From assembly GCF_009914755.1 (NCBI RefSeq), contig NC_060941.1: a DNA stretch of 64,000 bases; one strand, written 5' to 3'. The notes beneath the pieces were generated by a model. That model did no database searches. It saw nothing but the letters and a program-made list of their open reading frames with translations, and was not told where the DNA came from. Positions 1 to 13,810 of this stretch are shown piece after piece. A program made the position numbers and the translations under genes. This stretch comes from the human T2T-CHM13v2.0 reference genome, Homo sapiens. Each line of letters opens with the position of its first letter. Positions within the stretch are counted from its first letter, which is position 1.

Positions 1-205
1 TTGTGCTGGGCTCTGTGCTTAGCTCATGCTTTATCTCACTGAATCCCCATATCAACCCTGTAGGGTAGGAACAATGGTGACCTCAGTGTTACAGGTGGAG
101 GACTGAGCTTGGAGGTAAATGACTTGCCCAGGGTCAGAACACAGGCAGCAGCCTGAGCCAGGACTGGAACTCAGGGCTGCCTGTCCAGAGCCCTTGAACT
201 GAACC
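1..205 (-). mobile_element. MIR SINE fragment
   Basis: Degenerate reverse MIR core: ttatctcactgaatcc...ttacaggtggaggactgag...gacttgcccagggtca. Confidence 0.75.
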
Positions 206-309
206 GTCATGCCCACCTCACTCATCTGCTAGGTCGTTCATGGCCCACTCCCAGCCCCTGGTTATTTGAATAATGGCCGTATTAGGTTTTGCAGTTTAGT
301 GTAAAGAAG

Positions 310-520
310 GGAGAGTGTGCTTGGGAGGCAGAAGATCTGGGCTTGAATCCTGGGTTTTTGACCTCCTGCTGAGTAAATTTGGGCCCCACTGCTTAGATTT
401 TATATGTCTCTATCTCCTCACCTACAAGGCCTTCGTCACAGGCTGATTCCGGATATCCAATGTGTTGATGTATGGGAGGTGCATTGTAAACTGTAAAGTG
501 CTGGGCAGATGGTAATTGTT
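310..520 (+). mobile_element. MIR SINE fragment
   Basis: ctgggcttgaatcctgg head and tgtaaactgtaaagtgct tail. Confidence 0.55.
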
Positions 521-552
521 TCAGAGATTTCATGAGTCATGCTATGCATTTA

Positions 553-927
553 GCATGGGCTGAATTGTGTCCTCCTGCCCCCAGTTCGTTTGTCAGCAAT
601 CTAACCCCTAATGTGATGGTATTTGGAGATGGGACCTTTGGGAGATAATTAGGGTTAGATGAGGTCATGTGAGTGGAGATCTGCTGTGACAGGATTAATG
701 TTCTTATAACAAGAGACACCAGACAGCTGGCTCTCTCTTGCCTTGGGGGGATACAACAAGAGGACGGAATGTCTGCAAACCAGGAAGAGAGCCCTCACTG
801 GGATGCAATTGGCTGGCACCTTAATCTTGGATTTTCCAGCCTCTAGAATTGTGCAAAATAAATGTCTGTTGTTGAAGCCACCTAGCCTTTGGTATTTTGC
901 TATGGCAGCTTGAGCTGACGAAGACAG
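553..927 (+). mobile_element. MLT1A/MLT1A0-type MaLR solo LTR
   Basis: gggctgaattgtgtcc start, ccagcctctagaattgtg..aataaatgtctgttgttgaagccacc, ends in ...gaagaca. Confidence 0.8.
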
Positions 928-1410
928 CGTGCTGCCCCTCTTTCTCTTTGCAAAGCTTCATAGACATACATGGCCTATACACTGAAAAAACTCACATTCC
1001 TGAGGGGCTAACTGTTCGGTAGGTGTCAGTTCTGGGGCTGGGCTGGGTGACGGGTTCCTCCAGTGGAAAACATGCAGTAGCCATGTGTCTGCTCTGGGGC
1101 TGGTGTTTGGTGAAGGAAGCCGATGTTTCTTTTTCTTGTTTGTCTCATGCCAGGACTGTGAACTGCTCTTGTTGTGGAGACTCCAGGGTAGAAAGGAGAG
1201 GATGGGGTAGGGACCCAGGTACAGGAAAGGGACAGCAGAAGTGCTTTTCATTTGGTGCAGATGCTCAGAGAGGAAGGTTTTGCTGTTATCCCCATTTTAC
1301 AGCTGGGGGGACTCAAGCTCAGAGACTTACTCAACAATGCTTTACTAATATGTCATAGGAACCAGGACTGAAGCTGAAGGCCTCTGGATTTGGGGTCAGT
1401 TGATTACTTG

Positions 1411-1815
1411 GTATTAGTCTGGGTAGGCTAGATTATGCTGCAGTAACAAGCAACAACAACACCCAGATCTTTTGTTGTCTTACAGCGACACAACTTTTTC
1501 TCACTCATGCCACATCCATCCTAGTGGCTGGTGCTGCTGCCCCTTATCTCGTCACTCCGAGTCCAGGCCAGCAGAGTGGCCACCAACTCCAATATGGATG
1601 GATCTCCCAAGGGTCTCACACTGGCAATTCAATGCCCCAACCCAGAAGTGACGTTCATCATTTCCACTCAAATTCACTGACCGGAGTTAGTTATTGGCCA
1701 GAGTTAGTCTAGTTATTCTAGCTCCCCAGCTGAATGCACAGGGGGCTAGAATATTCACCCTGGTGTGCCCAGCAGGCAGAGGGGGCAAGTATTATGGGGG
1801 CAGCATTAATGCCCA
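1411..1815 (-). mobile_element. Old MLT1 (K/L-like) MaLR LTR remnant
   Basis: tattagtctgggtaggctagattatgctgcagtaacaa; cccagaagtgac...ttccactcaaattcactg. Confidence 0.6.
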
Positions 1816-2489
1816 TGTCAGAATGCATGCGTGCATGCATGAATGAATGCACTTAGAATCTCCATCTGAGTTTAGTGGTTATTGACGGACCCAGGAAAAG
1901 ACAGCATAGACTTGCAACTGCTCCACTTTAAGGGCATTGGAACTCCTTGGGTCCTAATAATAGGTTTAAGCATCTTGAAAATGTATGCGTGTTTTTTCCT
2001 CTCCATCGTTTCCAGCTCCCCTGCCTACATGTCCTCTCTTTCACCAAATCTGTTTGCCATTTACTGTGGATGACAGAGCCACCCCACCCACACAGGCCCC
2101 ATTCTGAGGTTGATTGATAACCCTTGGACACACACAGATGGACACACAGAGAAATTTCTACTCCTTCCACGCGCCTTGGGCAGCCGTGGAGACAGTAATT
2201 TTTCAAGTAAGTGTTAGCTCAGAGTCTTTCGCGGGCTCCAGAGCATAACTAAACCCAGACAGACTCTGGGAGATGAAAAATAAACCGTTGTTTTTATGAT
2301 GCCATGAAAAAGCTTTCTTTTTCCTCCTAGAAAAGAAACTTATTTATTTTCACGTGTGTATGGGTTTGCAGTAAGTGTGGAAGGATTAAGCCTTTGAAAC
2401 TGTCGATTTATATCCATGAGTGATGTGAAGTCTTTGTCCTGGAGAGCAGCAAGCTTTCCAAATTGGAAAATCGAGAGTCGGGCCCCTTT

Positions 2490-2830
2490 GCTCATTCACT
2501 CAGCGGCTCATTCACTAAATATTTACTGAGCATCTCTTGCCTTCCAGGCCTGGCTTCAGGAGCTGGGGACGCAGAGCCCATGTCAGAGGGCACCATCCCT
2601 GCCCTTAGGGAGTTTGCAATCTACAGGGGAAATAAATGCCAGAGGCCTGTACAAAGGGTGTGGGGTACTGAGCAGGACCGGGGAGCTTTGTCAAGTAGCA
2701 TGGAGGAACTTAACCTGGAAGGACAAGGAGGAACCAGCCAGCCAAGGAGGACAAAGAGGGAAGATTCTGACGGAAGGAATGGCATCGTCAGATGAGGGGA
2801 GGTGGGCGAGGCTGCAGTGTAGTTGGGCTT
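2490..2830 (-). mobile_element. L2 LINE 3' fragment
   Basis: cattcactaaatatttactgagcatct...ccctgcccttagggagtttgcaatcta. Confidence 0.6.
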
Positions 2831-2839
2831 CACCAGGTA

Positions 2840-3030
2840 GGTCATGTAGTAGAGGAGATAAGCCTCTGGGCTCCGGGTTCAAATCCCAGCCTTGCCCCTT
2901 CCTTGCTATGCGACCATCTATAAAATGGGGAGAGAAGCTGTAACTCCCTCACTGGGTATTGTGAAGAGTCGATGGGTTGAAATGCATAAGGAGGCCAGAG
3001 CAGTGCCTGGAGTGCCAAAAATTGCTTAGT
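2840..3030 (+). mobile_element. MIR SINE
   Basis: gggttcaaatcccagc...catctataaaatgggg...cagtgcctgg. Confidence 0.7.
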
Positions 3031-3269
3031 AGCTGTGACCTGTTCTCATTTTGCTGAGGCTTGAGTAGAAAAGAAGAGGAAGAAGGAAAAGGTGGGCAAG
3101 GACCTGAATGTCAGGGTGAGGGGCTGAGGCTCTGACTCGTACTTGCAGTGTCCAGGGATGCAAAGGATGTGTGGATTTTGGGGGCCTGTTCTGCCCTAGG
3201 GAGGAAGCCCAACTGGGTGGTCCTGAGAGAGACTCTACATTAAGGGTAGAGTTACGCACTGGAAGCCTG

Positions 3270-3348
3270 GGGGCTCAGCGGGGGAGGTCCCACAGGGTCA
3301 GTCAGAGGAGGGGCTGAGGGGGAGGTCCCATGGGGTCAGTCAGAGGAG
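3270..3348. repeat. Two-copy ~38-40 bp tandem duplication
   Basis: ggggaggtccca(c/t)(a/g)gggtcagtcagaggag occurs twice in tandem. Confidence 0.85.
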
Positions 3349-4184
3349 GTGTGGCCCAAGTCATGGGGTCTGCAGAAGAGAGACCCTTAGACAAGAGGAT
3401 GGGTGGTTCTGAAGGACCCACACCAGAACCCCCCTGCTGGGTGCCCAGTGGAGGGTGAAGAGTGCAGAGGAGAAGTGGGCACTGGGCCTCTGCATGGCAT
3501 GAGTGAGGGGCCCCTCTGGCTCTAGAGTAAGACTAGCTTGAACCCAAAGCCCAGGCTGAGCCCGATAAGCTGAGCCCCCATAATGGGGGTGATGACACCC
3601 ATCGTTCAGGGGTGTTTTGTGAGTTAAATGTCTCTCTTTGTCCTTATGGATCTTAGAACATGGGGGTGCAGTGCAGGTAAAGAGGATTAAATACGGATTG
3701 ACACGTGGTCTGTGGGAACACAGAGAGGGGGTGGCTGACTGGCAGTCAATCAGGAAGACTTCCTGGAAGAACGGGCCTTCTGAGAGGCTGAGATTCACAG
3801 GATGACTAGAAGTTGGTATCCAGGTGAAGAGAAGCAGGGAGAGGGCTCCAGGTGAGGAGATGACATGGGTAAGGCCTGGAGGTGAGTGAGGTGAGTGAGG
3901 TGTCACAGGATTGAGACACTGCAGGGTGTTCAGTGTTGCCAGAGCAAGGAGTGCAGAGATGAGTGTTCTGAGACAGGGAAGAGTGAGTGGGTCCAGCAGA
4001 GAGACTCAAGTGGCCTTCAGAGAAGGCTAATTGGGAAAGGTGAGTCCTCCTGGAGTCAGAAGACCTGGCTTCAAGGCTGCACTGGGTCACTTCTTGGCTG
4101 TGTGCCCCAGACACTTCGCTTTACCTCTCTGCATCTGTTTCCATCCCTATAAATTAGGTTTCATGTGAGGACAGAGACGGAATG

Positions 4185-4490
4185 TACTCATTCATTCAAG
4201 CAGATATTTACTGAGTGGCTGCTATAGGCCAGGTGCTATTCTAAGCACTGGGGATTATTCAGAATATGGGGAAGATCAAGTCTCTGCCCTCATGGGGCTT
4301 ACACTTTAGCAGGGAACACCTCATAAGTGCAATGAAGAAAAATCAAGCAGGGTAGGGGCCAGAGGGTGGCAGGGTACAGTGGGGTTGGGGGTTGGATGGG
4401 ATGGTCAGGGAAGGCTTCTCAGAGGAGGGCACCTTTGAACAAATGACAAGGGGGAGTGAGCTGTGTGGGATTCATGGGAAATAAACATTA
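4185..4490 (-). mobile_element. L2 LINE 3' fragment
   Basis: cattcattcaagcagatatttactgagtggctgctataggccaggtgctattctaagcactgggga. Confidence 0.7.
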
Positions 4491-4930
4491 CAGCAGATCC
4501 CTCGGTAGATGTACTAAGTACAGGAAGTGCTCTGAAACCTTTGCCTGGATTAATTCATTCCACCCTTGAACACCATGAGAGCCAAGCACCATTATCATTA
4601 CACCCCATTACAGGTGGCAAAACGGAGGCACGGAGTTAGGTGGCTTGGCCAGGTCTCAGGATTTGAACCTCATGGCATGGCCTGCACAGCCACAATCCTA
4701 ACCACTCTCACCATGTCCCAGACAGGCAGGGCCGGATAAGCTCAGTCCCAAGCCGGGCTTACCGTGGGGGATGGTGTGTGCAGATTGCAGAGTGCAAGGC
4801 AAATGTGAAATGTTGTCACCGACATTTTCTTTGGAATGTGAAGGAAACATCTCAAACCAGTGGCATGCTATCCACTTCTGCCAATATTCCCTTCTCCTTC
4901 TCCCTCTCCCTCTCCCTCTCCTCCTCCTTG

Positions 4931-5210
4931 TTTTTTGAGACAAGGTCTTGCTCTGTTACCCAGGTTGGAGTGCAGTGGTGTAGTCACTGCAGCCTCTACC
5001 TCCTGGGCGCAAGAGATCTTCCTACCTCAGCCTCCAGAGTAGCTGGGATCACAGGCATGTGCCACCACGCCTGGCTAATGTTTGGATTTTTTGTAGAGAT
5101 GCAGTCTCACTATGTTGCCCAGGTTGGTCTTGAACTCCTGGGCTTAAGCAATCCTCCCACCTCAGCCCCCCAAAGTGTTGGGATTACAGGCATGAGCCAC
5201 CACACCGGGC
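4931..5210 (-). mobile_element. AluJ
   Basis: Reverse dimeric Alu with J-type features (tcactatgttgcccagg, aatcctcccacctcagcc). Confidence 0.92.
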
Positions 5211-5580
5211 CCTCTTTTGCTGATATCCTTAAAAATAAAGGCCTGTGGACCTCAGTTTCCTGTGTGGTTCTTGGCAGAGTATATGAAAACACAACTTGCT
5301 TAGGGCGGGAAAAATTCTGAAAAACAAAAGAAATACCTGCGTTTGCTCTTTGCAATATATCCACATACGGAAAATACGAAAAATAGAGAAAAGAAGAGAA
5401 ATTTCTCACATACTTACCACTTAAATATAAGCACTTAGTATTTTGGAATGTTTTCTGTTTACTCTTTTTCAAAAGGAGAGGGTGTTTCAGTTGTGTGAAG
5501 CAGAAAATAAAGAACTTAGAGGTTTTGGAATATATAGACAATTATATAGTGTTATTATGTGACAAGAAAACTTTGGCTAG

Positions 5581-5862
5581 GCCATGCACGGTGGTGACTC
5601 ATGCCTGTAATTCCAGCACTTGAGCCCAGGAGTTCGAGATCGGCCTGGGCAACACGAGGAGACCCTGTCACTACAAAAAATAAAACACCTAGCTGGGCAT
5701 CGTGGTAGGTGCCTGTAGTTCCGGCTACTCAGAAAGCTGAGATGGGAGGATCTTTTGAGCTCAGGGGGTGACGGTTTCAGGGAGCTGAGATTACACCATT
5801 GCATTCCAGCCTGGGTGACAGAGCAAGACCCTGTCTCAAAAAAATAAAAAAAGAAAAAAGAA
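5581..5862 (+). mobile_element. AluJ with internal left-arm deletion
   Basis: cagcact|tgagcccagg junction, i.e. a deletion across CACTT microhomology; A-rich tail. Confidence 0.9.
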
Positions 5863-6697
5863 AATTTAGAATAATGCAATACCCATTTTACTTTTCTATT
5901 CTCCAAAATATTAGCTTTTGCAAACAGCTCAGGGCAGCAGGTAGAGCTCTGTGGCAGATCACTAGAGACCAGGTTTCTGATTGGTCAGTTCTCTCTGAGA
6001 TTACCTGTTTGCCAGCTTGATGGTCACCTAACCGGACTGTCACCTGGTTCCATGGTCACCAAGCGTTTTAGTTGCTCCCCCATCTTTGTATGAGAGAATG
6101 CTCATAATTTTTGAGCACCCTGTCTTAAAACAGGCACATTTATTTATAAATCATACTATTACCAATCTGCAGAATATTAGTACATTCCTAAACTATGTTA
6201 ATATTTAACACATAGTTTAATTTCTTATTTTTATATAAAAATATAAATGTTCTAATATTTTCCTCCCACACTATTTACTGGTTTGCTCACACCCCATTGA
6301 TTTAATCCATTTTGCCCAGTCCAGAGACAGTTTTGTAGACAGACATGATATCTTGTGAAAAAGGGTGAAAAAATGTGTCATTTCACACCAAATCCCACTG
6401 TAGGAACCTCTGATGGGGTGGGCACAGTCTATCTCAGTGGGAAAATAAATCCTGATCTTCCACTTACAAGGTCAGGGAGGGAGAAGGGGAAGAATGAAAT
6501 TTCAAGACCAGGCTCTATGTGGATGGAGGACTCCTGCAGAGGCCACAGTCATGCCATTTTTTGCCTCTTTGGCCTGAAAGGGCAAGCGCTGGGTCCTGAC
6601 GGGGCTAGGACTGAATGCTTGGCATAATAAAGTGAGAGGAGGTGCACTGAATGGAGGGTGAATAATATTCCATTAGTATTAAGTAATTAATTAATTA

Positions 6698-7382
<685 letters not shown>

Positions 7383-7932
7383 TTTTGAGACGAACGCCAG
7401 CCGGAATTTGAAGCTACAATGCAGAGTTGAAAGTAATCCCCAGACTTTGAGCCCCTGAGAACTCAGAGACATCTTAGGATTCAGTGCTTGGGCCAATCTT
7501 ATTCCAATGTGAAAGGACAGGGTGACCTCAGCTGACCAGCCCAATTGCTGTGGTGACTGGGATTTGGTTCTCACCTCCCAGCCTGGGTTTTGTTTTCTAA
7601 TATGATGAGGCCCCAATGCTGTCATCTCGAGAGCAGGAAGAGAGAGTTTTGCTCTTCTTGTTTAGTGCCAACCAGGCTCCCCCAACCATAGAAATCCCCA
7701 GAGGACTCTTCCATCAAAGTGAATATTCGTAAAGTGCTTTAGAGTTGACAGAGTCCCTTTATATCCATTATCTTATTTGATGACCCCAATAATATTATGA
7801 CCCTTCTATTTGCTGGGGCACTGAGGGGAGTGAGAGTCGGGGAGAGAGGTGGGAGGGGAAGGGAGGAGGGAGAAGAGAGGAAAGGAGAGGGGAAGGGAGG
7901 GGTAAAAGTAATGCTGAAATGTTGAGACTGGC

Positions 7933-8075
7933 TTTTATTTTTATTTTTCATTTTTTCAACAGTAGAGATGGGGTCTTGCTATGTTGGCCAGGGTAGTCTT
8001 GAACTCCTGGACTCGAGCAATTGTCTTGCCTCAGCCTCTAAAAATGCTGAGATTACAGGCCACCACACCCTGACA
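7933..8075 (-). mobile_element. FLAM / Alu left monomer
   Basis: Single reverse monomer agtagagatggggtcttgctatgttggccagg...gattacagg. Confidence 0.8.
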
Positions 8076-9604
8076 ACTCTCTTATTTTGATTTTATTATA
8101 TTTATTTTTGTTTTTAATAAGAACCTGGGTCTTTTTGACTCAAATATCCATGTGCTTCTGCTTTACCAGCTGGCCTTCAGGTGGGAGAAGCAGGCCCTCT
8201 GTGTGCCCAGCCTGGGTTCAGTCACTGACTCAGTGCCCAGCACAAGGTGGGTGGCTCCCCCAGGGGCCCTTGCTACCCTCACCATGAGCCACGCTGAGCT
8301 ACAGATCTGATGCCTGGGTCTCCGCCAAGGGCTCGGGCTAACACGCCCTGTTTGGACTCAGCCAGGTGACCCATGATGGTAACAGCCGGCTTGCCGGCCT
8401 CGCCTTCCTTGCAAGAAGTTATGGAATAACATCAGAGCTTTTTGAGGCAGGTGTTAATCATGTCCCCATTTTACCGGTGAGGACGCTGAGACTTGGAGAA
8501 GCTCCCATCTGTGAGTAAGTGTTGGAGCCAGGTCTGTCTGACCTCGAAGTTGAACTTCCACTCTCCACTCTGAGAAGAAGCGTGCTTAGGGAGGCGCTGC
8601 TTGTAGAAAAGGATCCTGGAGAACTATTCATTTGTCATCACTCAGGCCAAGAGAGTAACAGAAGAAATGATCAATGAAAAACCCTCCAAAAGTTGTCATC
8701 GGCTTGGGTTTATCCTGCTTTAAATCATAACTTAAGCAGCCTGAAATGGTATTTCCCAAAGATGGGAATGAAATTCTGGTTATTCAAGGAAGAAGCCAAG
8801 GGCTGGGGGTTTGCAGGAGCAGTTTCCAGACTCCCAGGAGTGCAGGTAAGCTCTGAAGAGGCGGAAGGGAGGAAGGGAAGAGCAGGGGAGGAGGAGGGGC
8901 TGGAGCCCAACGAGAGAGGGAGGGGCCTGTCTAAGCCCATACTGCACTGGGGACAGCTCTTCCCCTGGGGCAACGACAGGCTCTTACCATCAGCCTTTTC
9001 CCAAGATGCCCCGGGGCACAGTTAAGTGCTTTAAGTGGCAGCTCCGCAAAAGGCCATCTCCCGCCAAGACTATAAAATGGAAAAATGGTGATGCTATATT
9101 CACGGCAAAGAATCAAGCGAGCAGAGCCTTAACAAGGAATTTATAAATCAGTTACTAGGAACATTAAAATGCCTCTTGCTGCACTTAATCTCCAGCTTCC
9201 TTTCTTCTTCCAAATACCTAACACATCAGTCTTTTTTACTGGCTCTGGTGGACCCTTCAAGGAAGTCTGTTCCTTTTTCAGAATAAATATATGTGTATTC
9301 TCTTGTCTGACTCAACTCGACTGTAAAACAAATAATGATACGTGCTTACTCTGGTTCTTCAGATAAATATGAGAGGAGGCAGTTTTGTCTTTCTTTGGTC
9401 TGGGACATCCCTGGGAGCAGGAATCATGGCTGTGCCAAGCACAGTTTCTGTAGCTGCATCCCATGCGATCCTGTAAGTAGGCACACTTGGAATGTAACGC
9501 CAGCAACGCGTGGTCTAGACATAGTCAAGCTTGGCCCAATAAAAACAGGAGAACCAAACTGCACTCCAAGGCATTCCCCAAGACTCTTGTATAATAAGAA
9601 CAGC

Positions 9605-9843
9605 CAACGCTTCCATGAGCCTACCTTAGGCCAACTGCTGTCCTAAGCACATTGCGTTTATCAACTCCATTTAATCTTCACAATAACCCTAGTACTGTTA
9701 TGTTCTCCATATTATAGATGAGGAAACAGAGGCACAGAGATATTAACTTTCCCACTTTCATACAACCAGTGACTGGGGGAGTTGGCCTGTGGACCCAGGC
9801 AGCCTGACCCAGCAACAGGGCTCATAAACTTTGTGCTATATGG
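9605..9843 (-). mobile_element. MIR SINE
   Basis: catttaatcttcacaataaccct...agatgaggaaacagaggcacagaga. Confidence 0.85.
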
Positions 9844-9878
9844 CTGTAACAAGAAGGCTAGTTTTACCATTTACCCTA

Positions 9879-10294
9879 TGATATGATCAGGCTTTGTGTC
9901 CCCACCCAAATCTCATCTTGAACTACAATCCCCACAATTCCCATAATCCCCATGTGTCAAGGGAGAGACCAGGTGGAGGTAATTGGATCATGGGCGTGGT
10001 TTCCCCTGTGCCGTTCTCACGATAGTGAATTCTCAAGAGATCGGATGGTTTTATAAGGGGCTCTTCCCCCTTTGCTTGGCATTTCTCCTCCCTGCTGTCT
10101 TATGAAGAAGGTACCTTGCTTCCCCTTCACCTTCTGCCATAATTGTAAGTTTTCTGAGGCCTCCCCAGCTATGATTGTAAGTTTCCTGAGGCCTCCCCAG
10201 ACATGATGAGCTGTGAGTCAACCAAACCTCTTTCCTTTATCAATTACCCGGTCTCAGGCAGTTCTTTATAGGAGTATAAAAACAGACGAATATA
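9879..10294 (+). mobile_element. THE1 (THE1D-like) MaLR solo LTR
   Basis: tgatatg...tgtgtccccacccaaatctcatcttgaa start; 5-bp TSD cccta/ccctc. Confidence 0.88.
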
Positions 10295-12239
10295 CCCTCG
10301 TTCTGGGAGGATTCAGGGACCCAGGCTGCAATGAGAGGGCAGAGCTGCTGGGAGCCACCAATTTGGTTATTCCCAGGATGTCTGTTTGCTGGGCTGGTAT
10401 GTTGTGGGTTGTTTTTGTAATCTCCACCTTAAAGCACATTTGGTCAAGTCTTATGAGAGGCTTCCGCTGGAGCTGTTTAAGTGGTGGCAGCTGAGGCAGG
10501 CCCCTGTCACTCAGGGAAGGCAGCCCTGTGAAGGACGCCTGGGTCTGGAGATCTGCAAGGGAGAGACTTTCTCCTGGAGAACTTTGGGGAAGCTTGGCTC
10601 AGTAAAGAGGAGGCAAGGTGGCCTGAACACAGACACTGGGCTGAGGTACATCTCTAAGATGACTGTGTGTGACCAGGAAGTGCTTCTGATCCTGGATACC
10701 TGGTGATATTCCAGCTGGTGAATGTAGCATCCCAGCCTGAATTTCAGCATTTGGGTCCTCCTTGAGAGATTCTGAGAATCTCCTTGCCAATATCTGTTTC
10801 TGGTCCTTGCAGACATCCAGACACTGCTGGACTTAGTCACTCACTCTATAGACCAGCTGTCTCTTTCATGCCTTTCTGATATTGGTCCAAAGGGGGCCCC
10901 AATGTCTCCCTTCTGGCCTACCCCCGCCCCCATGCACCTGCCCAGGCTTCTGGAATATTGAGGCTCAGCATGAACCCAGTGCCCTGGAGCCCCCTTGTCT
11001 TGAGGGGGCAATGGACAGTCCTGCTCTATCATCCTTAGTGTGAATTCCTGACCTCTTTGAGCTTAGTTGGAATTGTAAGCATGGGCTTTCTTCATTTTCC
11101 ATAGGTGTGGCCGTGAGGCTGCACTGGCACTAGGCCAAACTTCACCAGGACAATCATGTCCACCACAATGGGGCAGCAGGAATTCTGTGTGGCCAGTGAG
11201 GGAGGTGTATTATAGAGGCCCATGGTGAAATCCAGATGATTTCACCTGTAGAGTCTCTTCTCACCGTGAGATTCCATAATTTAGAATGGAAATCTAAAGG
11301 GAGATTGTAGATGAAAGACTACAGCTAGTGAGTTAGATGACAACCTCCAGCTCAACAGCTGAGTTGTGAGCAAGGAAAAAGAAAATAGTGAAGCCAGGGA
11401 GCCAATGTGGGTTCCCTGAGAAAAAGTCATACCCAAGGATTTCCCTGAGAGAATTATTAGCCCATTCTAGCATGAAAACACTCTAAAACAATCTCATAGC
11501 TAGAAAATACTTCCTGGTTTTCAAGGCATTTTCCTTTACTATTATTTTCCCCCCTCTTTCATAACAGCCTTGGGAAATAGGCAGGGAAGTATAACATGCC
11601 CATTTTACAGACAAGGAAACAGAAAGAAAATGGGATTTACCCCGGAGCACGCAGCTAAGTTATGCAATGTAGACTCAAATTGATCTCTTCTATCTCTGCT
11701 TTGGGACCCTTTCTATAACTCTGCATGCTGTATTTTGATTTTTGCAAAACACTTGACAATGGGCATGATCTCCTTGAGGACCAGAGGGAGAAGCATTCCC
11801 GATGTGATGAATAAGCATGGTGGGTTAAACATGGAGGCCCATTTGATGGCTATAAGCCTGTTTGATGGCTGAATGAAGAGCTCTCTGGTGCACACCTGCC
11901 ACAGCCCTTTTGTCCGGGACGACTTCCATGAGACACGGCAGTGTTTGTCAGACTTCTTGATGACACAGTGCTGGAAAGGACAGCTAATCCACTAGTTGGG
12001 AGAACTGAGTAGAAAATAATTGAGAATATTTGATGTATTGGAGAGGGCATAGGCTGTGGAATCAGACCAGCTGCAGAACCTTGGGCAAATTACTTAAGGA
12101 AAGCAGATGCTCATTTAATGCTCCTTCCCCTTCCTTTCTTCCTTCAGGCAAAGAAGAGGCAGGATTGCTGTCTCCCAATGTGTGAAGCTCCATCTTAATA
12201 AAGCAGGTGCTGCCTGTGTCAATACCCTGGTGGCTACCA

Positions 12240-12455
12240 GCTCAGCCCCTGGAAACTGACTGCCTTGGTTCCTTTCCTGGTTCCACTACATGCTAGTTGT
12301 GAGATCTTGGGCAAGCTACACCCTCTCTCAGCACCTGTCCTGTAAAATGGAGACAACGACAGCACCCATCTCACAGGATTATCGCTAGAAAGCACTCACA
12401 GTGGTAGCCAGCACCCAACACGTACTATGACAAATTTCCATTGTTGTCGTTATCA
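12240..12455 (+). mobile_element. MIR SINE
   Basis: gatcttgggcaagctac...ctgtaaaatggagacaac...ctcacaggatt. Confidence 0.65.
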
Positions 12456-12655
12456 TCCTGTGACCCCTAAAGGTAAAATGGAGCTGAACGCTGTAACTTA
12501 CAGAAAGTGGGGTTTTTATTTGTGTAGGGGAGAACTTTTTGCCTCACTCCCCTGCTGAACACTTTTCAATTCCACTTCATTACCCTTAGGAGAAAGGCAG
12601 AAATCTTTAACGTGACCCCCACGGTCCTGCTCATGCGGCCCTTGACTTGTAACAG

Positions 12656-13373
12656 TGAAACTGCCTATGCAAAATGATGACTGAGACGGTGAAAGAAATC
12701 TATCTTAACTGACTCTGTTTTGCTTCTAACCTCCAAGCTGTTCTTGTTCATTCCTGGGCGTAGGCTGAACTAACTTTGGGAGAAACTTTATAGTTTACAG
12801 TTTAAACAAAGACAGTAACAGCCTTTCCCAAAACAGATCTCCTTCTGGTCTGGGGACTAGACTGTCTTTGTAGGACTAACAAGTGCCACATTAGAAATGT
12901 GCCAAGATTAGAAACATAAGCAAAGATTAGAGATTATGGTTTTGGAGTCATGCAGCTGGAGGCTACAAGATTCTGACCCTCCCTAAACTGCTCCTAAGAT
13001 CAGTGCTTGAGACGTTTTGCCGACCCTGCACTTGATGGATCAGCTGGTACCACCCAGATCAATAAACTGGCTCATCTGATCTTGTGGCCCCCACCCGGGA
13101 ACTGACTGAGCACAAGAAGACAGCTCCAACTCCCTATGATTTCACCTCTGACCAATCAACAGTCCTGGCTCTCTTCCTTCTCCCCGCCCACCAACTTATC
13201 CTTAAAAACTCTGCTCCCCGAATGCTCCGAAGACTGATTTGAGTAATAATAGAACTCTGGTCTCCTGCACAGCCAGCTCTGCATGAATTACTCTTTCTCT
13301 ATTGCAATTCCTCTGTCTTGATGAATTGGCTCTGTCCAGGCAGTGGGCAAGGTGAACCCCTTGGGTGGTTACA
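12656..13373 (+). mobile_element. LTR8 (ERV1) solo LTR
   Basis: TG...CA termini (tgaaactgcctatgcaaaat...gggtggttaca); exact 4-bp TSD acag at 12652-12655 and 13374-13377; interrupts an L2. Confidence 0.88.
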
Positions 13374-13377
13374 ACAG

Positions 13378-13810
13378 GCTTATCTTGCACTCCTTGGTCC
13401 CTTGCTCACTGTACTCCATCTGTCATCCTTTGGAATTTCTTGTATGCACAATGCCCCCTGCCTCTAGCCTCAGGGCCTTTGCACATGCAGTTTCTTCTGC
13501 CCAGAACAATCTTCTATCTTCCTCCTGGCCAATCTCTGCCAACCCTTCAATTTTCAACTTAAGTATCATTTCCTTAGAGAAACTTTTCCAGATCTTCTAA
13601 GTGAGGCCAGTCCTCCTTCTTATATATCCTCATAGTATCCTATTCTCTGTAGCAGTTACCACAGTCATAATTTTTTCATATAATTATTTAATGTCTACTT
13701 CTAATGGTACCAGAAACAACCCTTGCCTTACTCACTGCTATACTCTCAGCTCCCAGCACAGTGCCTGGCACTGATAGGCAGCAGGAAACATTTGGGGGTT
13801 TAATGAATAC
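13378..13810 (+). mobile_element. L2 LINE 3' part (continues from ~12560-12650)
   Basis: cctcagggcctttgcacatgcagtttcttctgcccagaac...agcacagtgcctggcac. Confidence 0.8.

Noticed and set aside
3361-3906. 181-aa minus-strand ORF
   Set aside because: It overlaps MIR/L2-like decayed sequence, has no recognisable domain, and probably uses a non-ATG start.
4778-5320. 180-aa ORF and the many similar LECSG/SASQVAG ORFs
   Set aside because: These are standard antisense Alu translations.
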